Source: Thermoanaerobaculia bacterium (GTDB taxonomy: Bacteria; Acidobacteriota; Thermoanaerobaculia; Multivoradales; JAHEKO01). From it: a stretch of 64,000 nt of DNA. Below, in pieces: positions 37,526-45,186 of the stretch. Position numbers and translations under genes: made by a program. Position 1 is the first letter of the stretch, and every line of letters begins with the position of its first letter. The DNA lies in the NCBI GenBank assembly GCA_963781065.1, contig CAWAET010000022.1:29055-93054 (forward strand), in the 5' to 3' direction. Below the pieces are notes generated by a model, which did not search any database, was not told the origin of the DNA, and saw only the letters and a program-made list of their open reading frames with translations.

Positions 37526-38692
37526 ATGAGTGAGACGACCCCCAGGCCGCGAGACGAGACCGGGAAAGGGAGCATCGCCCTGGTCCTGGCCGGCGGCGGC
37601 GCCCGGGCGGCCTATCAGATCGGCTTCCTCCGCTGTCTGGCGCGCAACCTGCCGGAGGAGCGTTTCGACATCCTCACCGGGGTCTCGGCCGGGGCGATCA
37701 ACGCCGCCTTCCTGGCCTCGCATCCCGGTCCGCTGGCCGCCGCCGTAGACGAGTTGAGCGAGATCTGGTCGGGACTCAGCCCGGAGCGGATCTTCCGCAT
37801 CGGCAGTCTGTCGCTGGCCGCCAGCATGCTCCGCTGGGGTCTGCGCCTGATCACCGGCGGCGGCCCGGCAACGCCCCAGACCAGGGGCCTGCTCGACACC
37901 GCGCCGCTGCGCGACCTGCTCGAGAGCTGCCTGGGTCCGGTCGACGACGAGATCCCCGGCATCGCCGCCAACGTCGAGAATGGCCGGCTGTCCGCGGTTG
38001 CCCTGACCACTCTCGACTACGGCACCGGCCAGACGGTGACCTGGGTGCAGGGCCGCGAGATCGACGCCTGGGAGCGGCCCAACCGGATCGGTGTGAACTG
38101 CCGCTTGACGGTCGACCACGTCATGGCCTCGGCATCGTTGCCGCTGGTGTTCCCGGCCGTGAAGCTGGCGGGATCGTGGTGCGGCGACGGCGGCGTGCGC
38201 ATGCTGACGCCCTTGGCGCCGGCGATCCACCTGGGCGCCGACCGGATCCTGGCGATCTCGACCCGCTACGCCCGGTCGCGCGAGGAGGCCGACCGGCCGG
38301 TGATCCGCGCCTACCCGCCGCCGGCACAGATCGCCGGCACCCTGCTCAACGCCATCTTCCTCGACTCCGTCGACCTGGACGCACTGAGGCTCGAGAGAAC
38401 CAATCGGCTCCTGGGCAAGCTGCCAGCCGGGCAGCGCGAGGGGCTCAGGCCGGTGGGGCTGCTGGTCCTGCGGCCGTCGATCGATCTCGGCAAGCTGGCC
38501 GCCCGCTACGAGGCCAACCTGCCCGGCGCCTTCCGCTTCCTGACCCGCGGCCTCGGCACCCGGGAGACCGCCAGCCCCGATTTCCTGAGCCTCCTGATGT
38601 TCCAGGCCGACTACCTGAAGAACCTGATCGAGGTCGGCGAACAGGACGCCGAGCGCCGGGTGCAGGAGATTGGCGAGTTCATGAGCGACTGA
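37526..38692 (+). CDS. patatin-like phospholipase
   Basis: Motifs LVLAGGGARAAYQIG and GVSAGAINAA (GxSxG), with a later DGG. ATG at 37526. Confidence 0.85.
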   Translation: MSETTPRPRDETGKGSIALVLAGGGARAAYQIGFLRCLARNLPEERFDILTGVSAGAINAAFLASHPGPLAAAVDELSEIWSGLSPERIFRIGSLSLAASMLRWGLRLITGGGPATPQTRGLLDTAPLRDLLESCLGPVDDEIPGIAANVENGRLSAVALTTLDYGTGQTVTWVQGREIDAWERPNRIGVNCRLTVDHVMASASLPLVFPAVKLAGSWCGDGGVRMLTPLAPAIHLGADRILAISTRYARSREEADRPVIRAYPPPAQIAGTLLNAIFLDSVDLDALRLERTNRLLGKLPAGQREGLRPVGLLVLRPSIDLGKLAARYEANLPGAFRFLTRGLGTRETASPDFLSLLMFQADYLKNLIEVGEQDAERRVQEIGEFMSD

Positions 38693-38751
38693 GGCCGGCG
38701 CGCCGCCGCCCGGCCACCGGTCGCCGCGGCGGCCGGGATGGCAAGGCGGCC

Positions 38752-39768
38752 TCAGGAGCGTTCGAGGTCGGCCAGAACGGCCTCCCGCACCGCCGGCAGG
38801 CCGGCCATCCCGGGCGGATAGACAAGCCGGCGCACCGGCACCTCCCGCACCAGCCGGGCAAAGGCCTCCAGCCGTGCCGCCTGCAGGCCCGCCGCCTCGA
38901 CGATGTAGGGCGAGAACGAGCGGCGCAGCAGCTCGACGACCGCCTGCCGCGCGGGGACCGGAGAGATCCGGACGCCCCCGCCGGCCGTCTCGCCATCCAG
39001 CCGCTCGGGCAGATACAGACGGCCGAGCGGCGCCGCGGCGGCGTGGAAGTCGCCGAAGCCGCCCTCCCCGACCGGAACCCAGTGCTTGCCGAGCTGGACG
39101 CGAGACGCCTCGCGGAGCCCCGGATCGGTGACGAAGTGCGCCAGCCCGTCCGGCCGCATGCGCATCTGGGGGTAGCCGGAGCGGCCGACGATCCCTGCGG
39201 CGGGCGCCTCGATCGCCAGCAGGTCGTCGCAGAGCAGCGGCGCGCCACCGGCCATCATCGCCGCCGCCAGGGCGGTCTTGCCGCCCCGGTGGCCGGCCAT
39301 GAAGGCCACCACCCGGCCGGCGACAACCACCGCCGAGGCGTGCAGGGCGCAGATCGCCAACCGCTCCAGCCAGTAGGCCAGGACCGGCCCCAGCAGGCGG
39401 ACCTCGACCAGCCGCGCGCCGGCCGCCCGACGCAGGTGACAATCGATGCGATCGCCGCCCAGGTAGAAGTCCAGCGCGTCGCCAAAGCGCAGCAGCTCTC
39501 CCTCGTCCAGCCGGTAAAGCCGCGACAGGCTGTCGCCGGCCGGATCGAGCAGCGGGCTCTCGTAGACCGGGTCGCCCAGCTGCGCCACGTACGGAGGCCG
39601 GTCCGCGACCGAGAAGGTCAGATCCACGTCCCCCCGGCCCGGCGACAGCCGGCTGGCAAAGGCGAACGAGCTGGCCAGGGTGAGGCCGAACAGGCGGTGG
39701 CTGCGCCGGCCCGAGATCGCGCCGGAGATCGCGCCCCTCGGGGTGCCCCCGTCCGGCGCCTCCGTCAT
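38752..39768 (-). CDS. HPr-kinase-C-terminal-domain-like serine kinase (HprK-related)
   Basis: LHASAVVVAGRVVAFMAGHRGGKTALAAAMMAGGAPLLCDD is a P-loop-like GxxGGKT in an HprK-type context. Confidence 0.65.
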   Translation of the reverse strand: MTEAPDGGTPRGAISGAISGRRSHRLFGLTLASSFAFASRLSPGRGDVDLTFSVADRPPYVAQLGDPVYESPLLDPAGDSLSRLYRLDEGELLRFGDALDFYLGGDRIDCHLRRAAGARLVEVRLLGPVLAYWLERLAICALHASAVVVAGRVVAFMAGHRGGKTALAAAMMAGGAPLLCDDLLAIEAPAAGIVGRSGYPQMRMRPDGLAHFVTDPGLREASRVQLGKHWVPVGEGGFGDFHAAAAPLGRLYLPERLDGETAGGGVRISPVPARQAVVELLRRSFSPYIVEAAGLQAARLEAFARLVREVPVRRLVYPPGMAGLPAVREAVLADLERS

Positions 39769-39800
39769 GGCACCTCCGTCATGGCGCCTCCGTCATGGCG
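39759..39800 (-). repeat. three tandem 14-nt units (minus strand GCCATGACGGAGGn), each carrying an ATG and a GGAGG
   Basis: Direct reading. ATGs lie at 39796, 39782 and 39768. The first two open 5-codon ORFs (MTEAP*, MTEVP*) whose TGA overlaps the next ATG. The third opens the kinase gene. Confidence 0.85.
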
Positions 39801-39815
39801 GCCCCATCATCGCGG

Positions 39816-40829
39816 TCAGACGGCGGCGGCTTCCAACAGCCGGTGCCCGGCCAGCGTCTCGGCGAAGGAACCAAGGTCCCGCCGCAGGGTGTCGAGCGGC
39901 GCCTCGTACCGCTCGGCGAGGAAAGCCGCTCCGGCGTCGACGCTGCCCCAGGCCGCCAGGGCCCGCCACATGTCCGCGCCAACCCCCTCGAGGGCGAAGA
40001 CCCGATCCGTCGCCAGCGAGTAGAGCCAGATGCGGTCGTCGAGGGCGGCCGTGGCCACCTCATCGGCGACCCGCCAGGCCGGGGCCTCCACCGGCACCGG
40101 CGGCGGCCCGAGCTCGGCCCGCGCCTTGAGACAGCTGTGCGGCGGCAGCAGCCGCCAGCCCCGCTCGAGAGCCCCGCTGGCGGGGTTCCAGATCGGGCGG
40201 TCGGGCTCGCTCCAGGCAAAGCCGACCAGGTCCGGCAGACCCAACCAGTAGCGGCCGCCGCCGAGGTGGTCGCGACCGCTGGCCAGCCAGCGTGGATAGT
40301 CGTCGCCGTACAGCTCGCGCGCGTGGTCGGCCAGATCGGCCGCCGCCACACAGCGCTCCACCCGCGGCTCGGTGGCGACGATCGCCGCGCGCAGGTCCGG
40401 GTGCGAGTAGAGGTGCGCGAACACGACCCGCGGGCTGTCGCAGCCGGCCAGGGCGGCGCGGAAGCGCGAGCCGCTCAGCGCACAGTCGTCCACCAGCAAA
40501 AGCGGCCGATCGCCGGCCGGCTCGCCCGACAGCCGTGCCGCGCGCAGATCGAGCATGTACGCCAGCATGCCCAGCACGATCAGCCCGCCACGCGGGATGC
40601 CGCGGGCGGCGAACGCTCTCAGATCGCCGCGCGAGTGGCCCTCGAGCAGCTTGGCCGCCAGCGCCTCGCACAGGCGCTCGGCCCGGCGGTAGTCGACATA
40701 GCGGAGGGTGTGGCGCAGGCGCCGGACGACTCCCGGCAGGGTGCCCAGCCGCGCGGCATCGACCGATGTCAGCCCCGGCGGGGCCTGCAGGCCGGTCGGC
40801 AGCCGGTCCGCCTCATCAGTCCTCGTCAT
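39816..40829 (-). CDS. fusion protein: phosphoribosyltransferase-like domain + C-terminal PqqD-family (RRE-type) domain
   Basis: RGGLIVLGMLAYML and PLLLVDDCALSGSRF are a PRPP-type motif. The C-terminal ALEGVGADMWRALAAWGSVDAGAAFLAERYEAPLDTLRRDLGSFAETLAGHRLL is PqqD-like. The ATG at 40827-40829 overlaps the upstream stop (ATGA). Confidence 0.6.
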   Translation of the reverse strand: MTRTDEADRLPTGLQAPPGLTSVDAARLGTLPGVVRRLRHTLRYVDYRRAERLCEALAAKLLEGHSRGDLRAFAARGIPRGGLIVLGMLAYMLDLRAARLSGEPAGDRPLLLVDDCALSGSRFRAALAGCDSPRVVFAHLYSHPDLRAAIVATEPRVERCVAAADLADHARELYGDDYPRWLASGRDHLGGGRYWLGLPDLVGFAWSEPDRPIWNPASGALERGWRLLPPHSCLKARAELGPPPVPVEAPAWRVADEVATAALDDRIWLYSLATDRVFALEGVGADMWRALAAWGSVDAGAAFLAERYEAPLDTLRRDLGSFAETLAGHRLLEAAAV

Positions 40830-41977
40830 CGGCCGAGCTGGAAGATGACGGCGCCGACGTCGTCGCCCTGGAGCTCCCACTCGGTGGACTCCCGCTTGCG
40901 GTTGGGCCCGAACGAGTAGACGAAGATGACGCGGCTGCCGCGGCGGCGCGAGCACTCGTCACGGATCCAGTAGGGCGAGTTCCAGGGGTCGAGGAAGAAC
41001 TCCGCCCGCTCCGTCGGCATGCCCTGGCCGGTGAGCGCGGCGAAGGCGCCCTCGTACAGGTAGTCGGTGTCGTACTTCTCAACGAACGAGTAGACCCGCT
41101 TGTGCACTCCGCACCGGGTCACCGCCTTGCCGCGGTTGTCACGCGCCATGGTCAGGAAGTCGTCCTTGAGGGCGGCGGTCTCGGTAACCACCGCGGCCAG
41201 GATCTCCTCGCCGGTCCCGCGCTGCCCGCGCGAGTAGGCAGCCGCCGCCAGGCCCAGCGCGGCGACGATCGCCACCACCAGCGCCAGCCTGCCGAGACGC
41301 CGGGGCCCGGTCTCGGGCCGGCCGGCAAAGGTCTCCGCCGCGACCAGCGAGGCGAACAGGAATCCCAGCCCGACCATCAGCTCGATCACCTCGCCGGTGA
41401 ACTTGAGCGGATACTGCTGGTAGACGACCCAGGTGACCAGGAAGGCTGGCGCCAGTTGCCACGGCGACGCCACGACGGCGAGCCGATCCAACTGCCGGCG
41501 GACCGGCGCCGCCAGCGCCAGCAGCGGCAGCAACACGCCGTAGCCCAGGATGACGCCCTTCAGAGCCAGCTTGCGCAGCGAGGTGTCGACCACGTTGTGG
41601 ATGTTCAACTCCTGCTGGAAGTTCTCCTGCAGGAAGTAGACCGGCGGCCGGTAGCCCAGCACGCGCTGGCCCCACGAGATCTCCTCGCCGGCGACAAAGA
41701 CGCAGAACAGCGAGACGCCAGCCAGGAACCAGGGCAGCGCCCCGCTCGCCCGCCGCTGGCGGACCGCGGCGACGGCGAAGATCACCGCGGCGACGGCAAA
41801 GGCCCAGACCGTGGCCCATTCGAGGAACTCGTCCTCCTGGACCGCCTGGTAGTAGGCGTCCCGGCTCGACTCGTGAAGCGCCAGGGCCACGAGCAGCGGC
41901 AGCACCGCCAGCAGGTTGGCCACCAGCGGCCAGACGAAGCCCTGGGAGCTTCGGGCCGTGTTGAGCGTCGCGTTCAT
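40826..41977 (-). CDS. polytopic membrane protein with a GspG-C-terminal-like soluble domain
   Basis: Several hydrophobic helices occupy the first 250 aa or so. The C-terminal DPWNSPYWIRD...VYSFGPNRKRES resembles the pseudopilin DPWGxPY...GPDG motif. Confidence 0.65.
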   Translation of the reverse strand: MNATLNTARSSQGFVWPLVANLLAVLPLLVALALHESSRDAYYQAVQEDEFLEWATVWAFAVAAVIFAVAAVRQRRASGALPWFLAGVSLFCVFVAGEEISWGQRVLGYRPPVYFLQENFQQELNIHNVVDTSLRKLALKGVILGYGVLLPLLALAAPVRRQLDRLAVVASPWQLAPAFLVTWVVYQQYPLKFTGEVIELMVGLGFLFASLVAAETFAGRPETGPRRLGRLALVVAIVAALGLAAAAYSRGQRGTGEEILAAVVTETAALKDDFLTMARDNRGKAVTRCGVHKRVYSFVEKYDTDYLYEGAFAALTGQGMPTERAEFFLDPWNSPYWIRDECSRRRGSRVIFVYSFGPNRKRESTEWELQGDDVGAVIFQLGR

Positions 41978-42062
41978 AACCTCGACGCCGATTGTACAGG
42001 CAGGGCAAAGCCGGCAGAGGAGCCACGCTCTCCCCTACCGGCCGCGCCCCACCGGGCAGACG

Positions 42063-44834
42063 CTAGTGACTATCGCTGTCCGAATCGCTGTCCGACGCGC
42101 TGTCGGAGTCGGAATCGCTGTCCGACGCGCTGTCGGAGTCGGAGTCACCCGAGTCCGAGTCCCCGTCGTCGGTCACGATCTCGCCGTTGATGTGGCACGC
42201 CAGGCCGCCGCCGTCGGAGTCGCCATCCGAGTCGGAATCCGAGTCACTATCGCTGTCCGAGTCCGAATCGCTGTCCGAGTCCGAGTCGTCGCTGTCGGAA
42301 TCGCCGTCATCGTCGCCCAGTGGGCAGAGCTCGCCGCCCTCGCGGCTGGTCCCCTCGACGACCTCGAAGTCGCCGCTCACGAGGCCCGGCCCGATTGGCT
42401 GCGAGCAACTCGTGTGGATCTTGGTGTTGAGCTGGCCGTTGACGTAGATGCTGATCTCGGTCCCCAGGGTGCCCTTCTTGTCCATCCCGGAGAAGGAGAA
42501 CGGCGCTCCGGGCTGGACGAAGTCGTTGAAGACCACCTTGCCGTCCTTCTTCTGCTTGATCAGGACCTGGGCGTTCATCGTCAGCCCGTTGTACTGCAGA
42601 GTAAGTTCCTGGACCTTGCCCTCGCACCCGCCGCAGTCGCCGCCGGGGTCGTTCCCGGAGTCGCTGTCGGAGTCATCGGAGCCCGAATCACTGTCGGAAT
42701 CGTCATCGAAGTCGATCAGGCAGATCGGGGCCACCCCGGTGATGACGTCATCGGAGTCGGAGTCGGAGTCGGAGTCGCTGTCATCACCCGAATCCGAGTC
42801 ACTGTCGTCGCCCGAATCGGAGTCGCTGTCGTCGCCCGAATCCGAGTCGCTGTCGTCGCCCGAGTCCGAGTCGCTGTCATCGCCCGAGTCCGAGTCGCTG
42901 TCATCGCCCGAGTCCGAGTCGCTGTCATCGCCCGAATCCGAGTCGCTGTCGTCGCCCGAGTCGGAGTCCGAGTCGACGTCACAGGGACAGATGTACGGGA
43001 AGTCGAAGGTCAGGACGTCACCCGAGCCCACGAGGTCCACCTCGAAGCCCGGCACTATCCGGTCGGGCCCCCCAAGGCCGTCGCCACCGTCGTTGGTGAC
43101 GATCAGCGCCGTTACCGGCAGGGTGATGGCCAGGCCCTCGAGAGGGCCGCCCGGCTCGGAGTTCGCCGGCGTGCACTCGACCAGGTACTCACCAGGCTCC
43201 AGCCCTTCGAACAGGTACATGCCGCTGTCGTCGGTCGTCGTGGTGTCGAGCAGCTCCGTCTGATCCGCGTTCCAAAGCTTGACCTCGACTCCGGGGATGC
43301 CCGGCTCGCCGGGATCCTCTTCGCCGTCGCCGTCGCGGTCCAGCCAGACGAAGTTGCCGACGTTGTACTCGGGATCCGGCACCACCTCGGCGTCGAAGCG
43401 GAAGAGGTTCAGGTTCTCCAAGTCGAGTCCGCTGACCCTGACCTCGTAGAGACCCGGTGGCAGCTCCGCCACCTGGGCGTCGGAGGCCACGATGCGGGTC
43501 GTGGGCACGCCGGGATCGGTGGGATCGAACAGAGTGATCTCACACAGCGCCGAGCCTTGCGAGATGCAGAAGACCTCCCACTCGCGGTTGCCGGAGGGAT
43601 TCACACCGGGGTCATCGCCCGGCGCGCCGTTGCTGGCCAGGACCTCGTCCAGCCCGCCGGTCTGGCCGTCGTAGCGCTCGCGCAGGATGACCTCGTAGTA
43701 GATCGACGGCTGACGCAGGAAGGGGTTGTTCGAGGTCGCGGGTCGGTCATCAGGCGGGTTGCCGGTGGAGGGCCCCAGGCCGCCGGCCACACCCTCCCAC
43801 TCCGCGCGCCGCACGATGCAGAAATCGCCGGGCGCCGGAATCGGATCGCCGAGCTCCTGGGCGCAGGCAGTCACGCAACCCGCTTCGCCAACCTCGAGCT
43901 CGGGCTCGGTGCAGCGGAACCCCCAGGGGGGCAAATCGCCCAGGTCCCCCACTATCGAGGGTGTGTTGGGGTCATCCGTGTCGTTGTTGGTGCCGAGCGC
44001 GTCGCCGCGATCCAGATCGCCGTCCCAGATCTCGAGCTGGTTGATCTGACCGGAGCCCGGGGGCGCCTGCACGTCGAGGAAGAAGCTGAACGTGCCGTCG
44101 TAGGTCGTGCCCTCAGCGAGGCAGGCCGGGAAGTTGCTCAGGTCGGACAAGCAGGCCGGGTAGATGATCGCCAGCTCCTTCAGGTCGGGCATCGCGGCAT
44201 TGAAGCCGAAGGGCTGCTGCGTCACCTGGATCGAAACGTCGGTCTCGAAGGTCTGGACCTTGAAGACGCTGCGGATCGTCTCCGACGAACTCGACGGCAC
44301 CGACTCCAGTGCCGAGCGCAGCACGTAGGCGTACTCGCTCTCGCACGGGTTCTGACCGGGGTTCCCCACGCACGCCGCGGGGTCATTCGTCACCGCGAAC
44401 GACGTCCACGCGTTGTCGTCCAGCTCCTCGGTGAATTCGTTGATGACCAGCAGTGGAGCCACGTCGTCCGGGTTGCCGTCTTGTGGAGCGACGTCCGGGT
44501 ACAGCCGAAAGATCAGCCGCGGATCGGGCTTGATCGCCGCCTGGGTGTTGATGTCCCAGTGGCCGACGGCCCGGCTGGTCTCGCCGTCGAAGATCCGCAG
44601 CGTGAAGCCGGCGATCAGCGGCGAGCTGATCTGGATATCGACTCCCTGATCGGCAAAGGTCGCCAGGCCCTGGTCGGCTCGTGTGTCGGTGATCGCGAGA
44701 AACCGCCCGTCGTTGACCGCGCAAGACGGCAGACAGTTGGTGTCCATCTGCGCCTGCGCCGCGGCCACAGTGGGCAGCGTGAGCACCAGGACCACCAGCG
44801 ACAGTCCAATGCAGGTGTGCTTGTTCAGTCTCAT
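42063..44834 (-). CDS. secreted Ser-Asp-repeat protein with an SdrD-B/Cna-B-like domain
   Basis: Signal peptide (CIGLSLVVLVLTLPTVAAAQA). GNFVWLDRDGDGEEDPGEPGIPGVEVKLWN...DSGMYLFEGLEPGEYLV is an SdrD B-like fold motif. There are two DS-rich repeat tracts. GGAGG lies 5 nt upstream of the ATG. Confidence 0.85.
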   Translation of the reverse strand: MRLNKHTCIGLSLVVLVLTLPTVAAAQAQMDTNCLPSCAVNDGRFLAITDTRADQGLATFADQGVDIQISSPLIAGFTLRIFDGETSRAVGHWDINTQAAIKPDPRLIFRLYPDVAPQDGNPDDVAPLLVINEFTEELDDNAWTSFAVTNDPAACVGNPGQNPCESEYAYVLRSALESVPSSSSETIRSVFKVQTFETDVSIQVTQQPFGFNAAMPDLKELAIIYPACLSDLSNFPACLAEGTTYDGTFSFFLDVQAPPGSGQINQLEIWDGDLDRGDALGTNNDTDDPNTPSIVGDLGDLPPWGFRCTEPELEVGEAGCVTACAQELGDPIPAPGDFCIVRRAEWEGVAGGLGPSTGNPPDDRPATSNNPFLRQPSIYYEVILRERYDGQTGGLDEVLASNGAPGDDPGVNPSGNREWEVFCISQGSALCEITLFDPTDPGVPTTRIVASDAQVAELPPGLYEVRVSGLDLENLNLFRFDAEVVPDPEYNVGNFVWLDRDGDGEEDPGEPGIPGVEVKLWNADQTELLDTTTTDDSGMYLFEGLEPGEYLVECTPANSEPGGPLEGLAITLPVTALIVTNDGGDGLGGPDRIVPGFEVDLVGSGDVLTFDFPYICPCDVDSDSDSGDDSDSDSGDDSDSDSGDDSDSDSGDDSDSDSGDDSDSDSGDDSDSDSGDDSDSDSGDDSDSDSDSDSDDVITGVAPICLIDFDDDSDSDSGSDDSDSDSGNDPGGDCGGCEGKVQELTLQYNGLTMNAQVLIKQKKDGKVVFNDFVQPGAPFSFSGMDKKGTLGTEISIYVNGQLNTKIHTSCSQPIGPGLVSGDFEVVEGTSREGGELCPLGDDDGDSDSDDSDSDSDSDSDSDSDSDSDSDGDSDGGGLACHINGEIVTDDGDSDSGDSDSDSASDSDSDSDSASDSDSDSDSH
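42081..42140. repeat. perfect 30-nt tandem duplication inside the C-terminal SD tract
   Basis: GAATCGCTGTCCGACGCGCTGTCGGAGTCG x2 by direct reading. Encodes DSDSASDSDS twice. Confidence 0.85.
42747..42975. repeat. about 8 tandem 24-nt units encoding DSDSDSGD
   Basis: GTCGCTGTC(G/A)TCGCCCGA(A/G)TCCGA periodicity by direct reading. The repeat is in frame in the SD-repeat gene. Confidence 0.85.
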
Positions 44835-44897
44835 CGTGTCCTCCGTTCGCCCGACCCGTTCATCGTCCGGGATCTTGCGTGAATTGTGCTCACCAAC

Positions 44898-44925
44898 CGT
44901 CAGGAAAACGTCAGGTGACGTATCG
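44898..44925 (-). promoter_or_regulatory. second copy of the heptamer direct-repeat box, plus-strand CGTCAGG-aaaa-CGTCAGG-tga-CGTATCG
   Basis: Same heptamer and same 11/10-nt spacing as 11420-11447. On the minus strand the proximal CCTGACG lies 9 nt upstream of CACAAT (44883-44888), and that hexamer ends 48 nt upstream of the SD-repeat gene ATG. Confidence 0.45.
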
Positions 44926-44947
44926 GTGGGGACTCATGGGCTCCCCT

Positions 44948-44983
44948 GAAACGGAAAACGCCGGCGTCGCCCGGCGCCGGCGT
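44948..44983 (-). terminator. intrinsic terminator downstream of the precursor-like ORF
   Basis: The minus strand reads ACGCCGGCG-ccgggcga-CGCCGGCGT followed by TTTCCGTTTC. Perfect 9-bp stem. Confidence 0.55.
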
Positions 44984-45012
44984 AGTCGTGGAGCCAGGGT
45001 CACCGGACCGGA

Positions 45013-45186
45013 TCAGGTGGCGAACGACGCGCCGAAGCCGTCCCCGGGCACCTGGGTGGAGAGCGTGCGGGTGAGCTCCTTCAAGCTCCCGTACTCCTGC
45101 AGCTCGGGCGGCTGGTAGGGATGTCCGCGCCGGCTCTCGGCCGATGGCCTCTTCGCCTTGGTTGGCTCAGGTCGCTTGTCGCTCAT
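45013..45186 (-). CDS. candidate lasso-peptide precursor (57 aa), in frame with the upstream cyclase-like ORF
   Basis: MSDKRPEPTKAKRPSAESRRGHPYQPPELQEYGSLKELTR|TLSTQVPGDGFGASFAT. It matches the leader motif YxxPxLx3Gx5Tx exactly, and Asp is at core position 9. GAGGAGG lies 11 nt upstream of the ATG. A terminator follows the stop. Confidence 0.45.
   Translation of the reverse strand: MSDKRPEPTKAKRPSAESRRGHPYQPPELQEYGSLKELTRTLSTQVPGDGFGASFAT

Noticed and set aside
42716-42982. The regular 24-nt repeats might be a CRISPR array or other non-coding repeat locus.
   Set aside because: The units are contiguous with no spacers. They are in frame within a long signal-peptide-bearing ORF and encode DSDSDSGD. 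No cas genes or leader are present.
44879-45118. The plus-strand ORF (79 aa) antisense to the precursor peptide might be a gene or antisense regulator.
   Set aside because: The translation is shadow-like (R/G/P-rich) with no RBS. It spans the minus-strand terminator. Strand-specific RNA data would be needed to argue for an antisense RNA.
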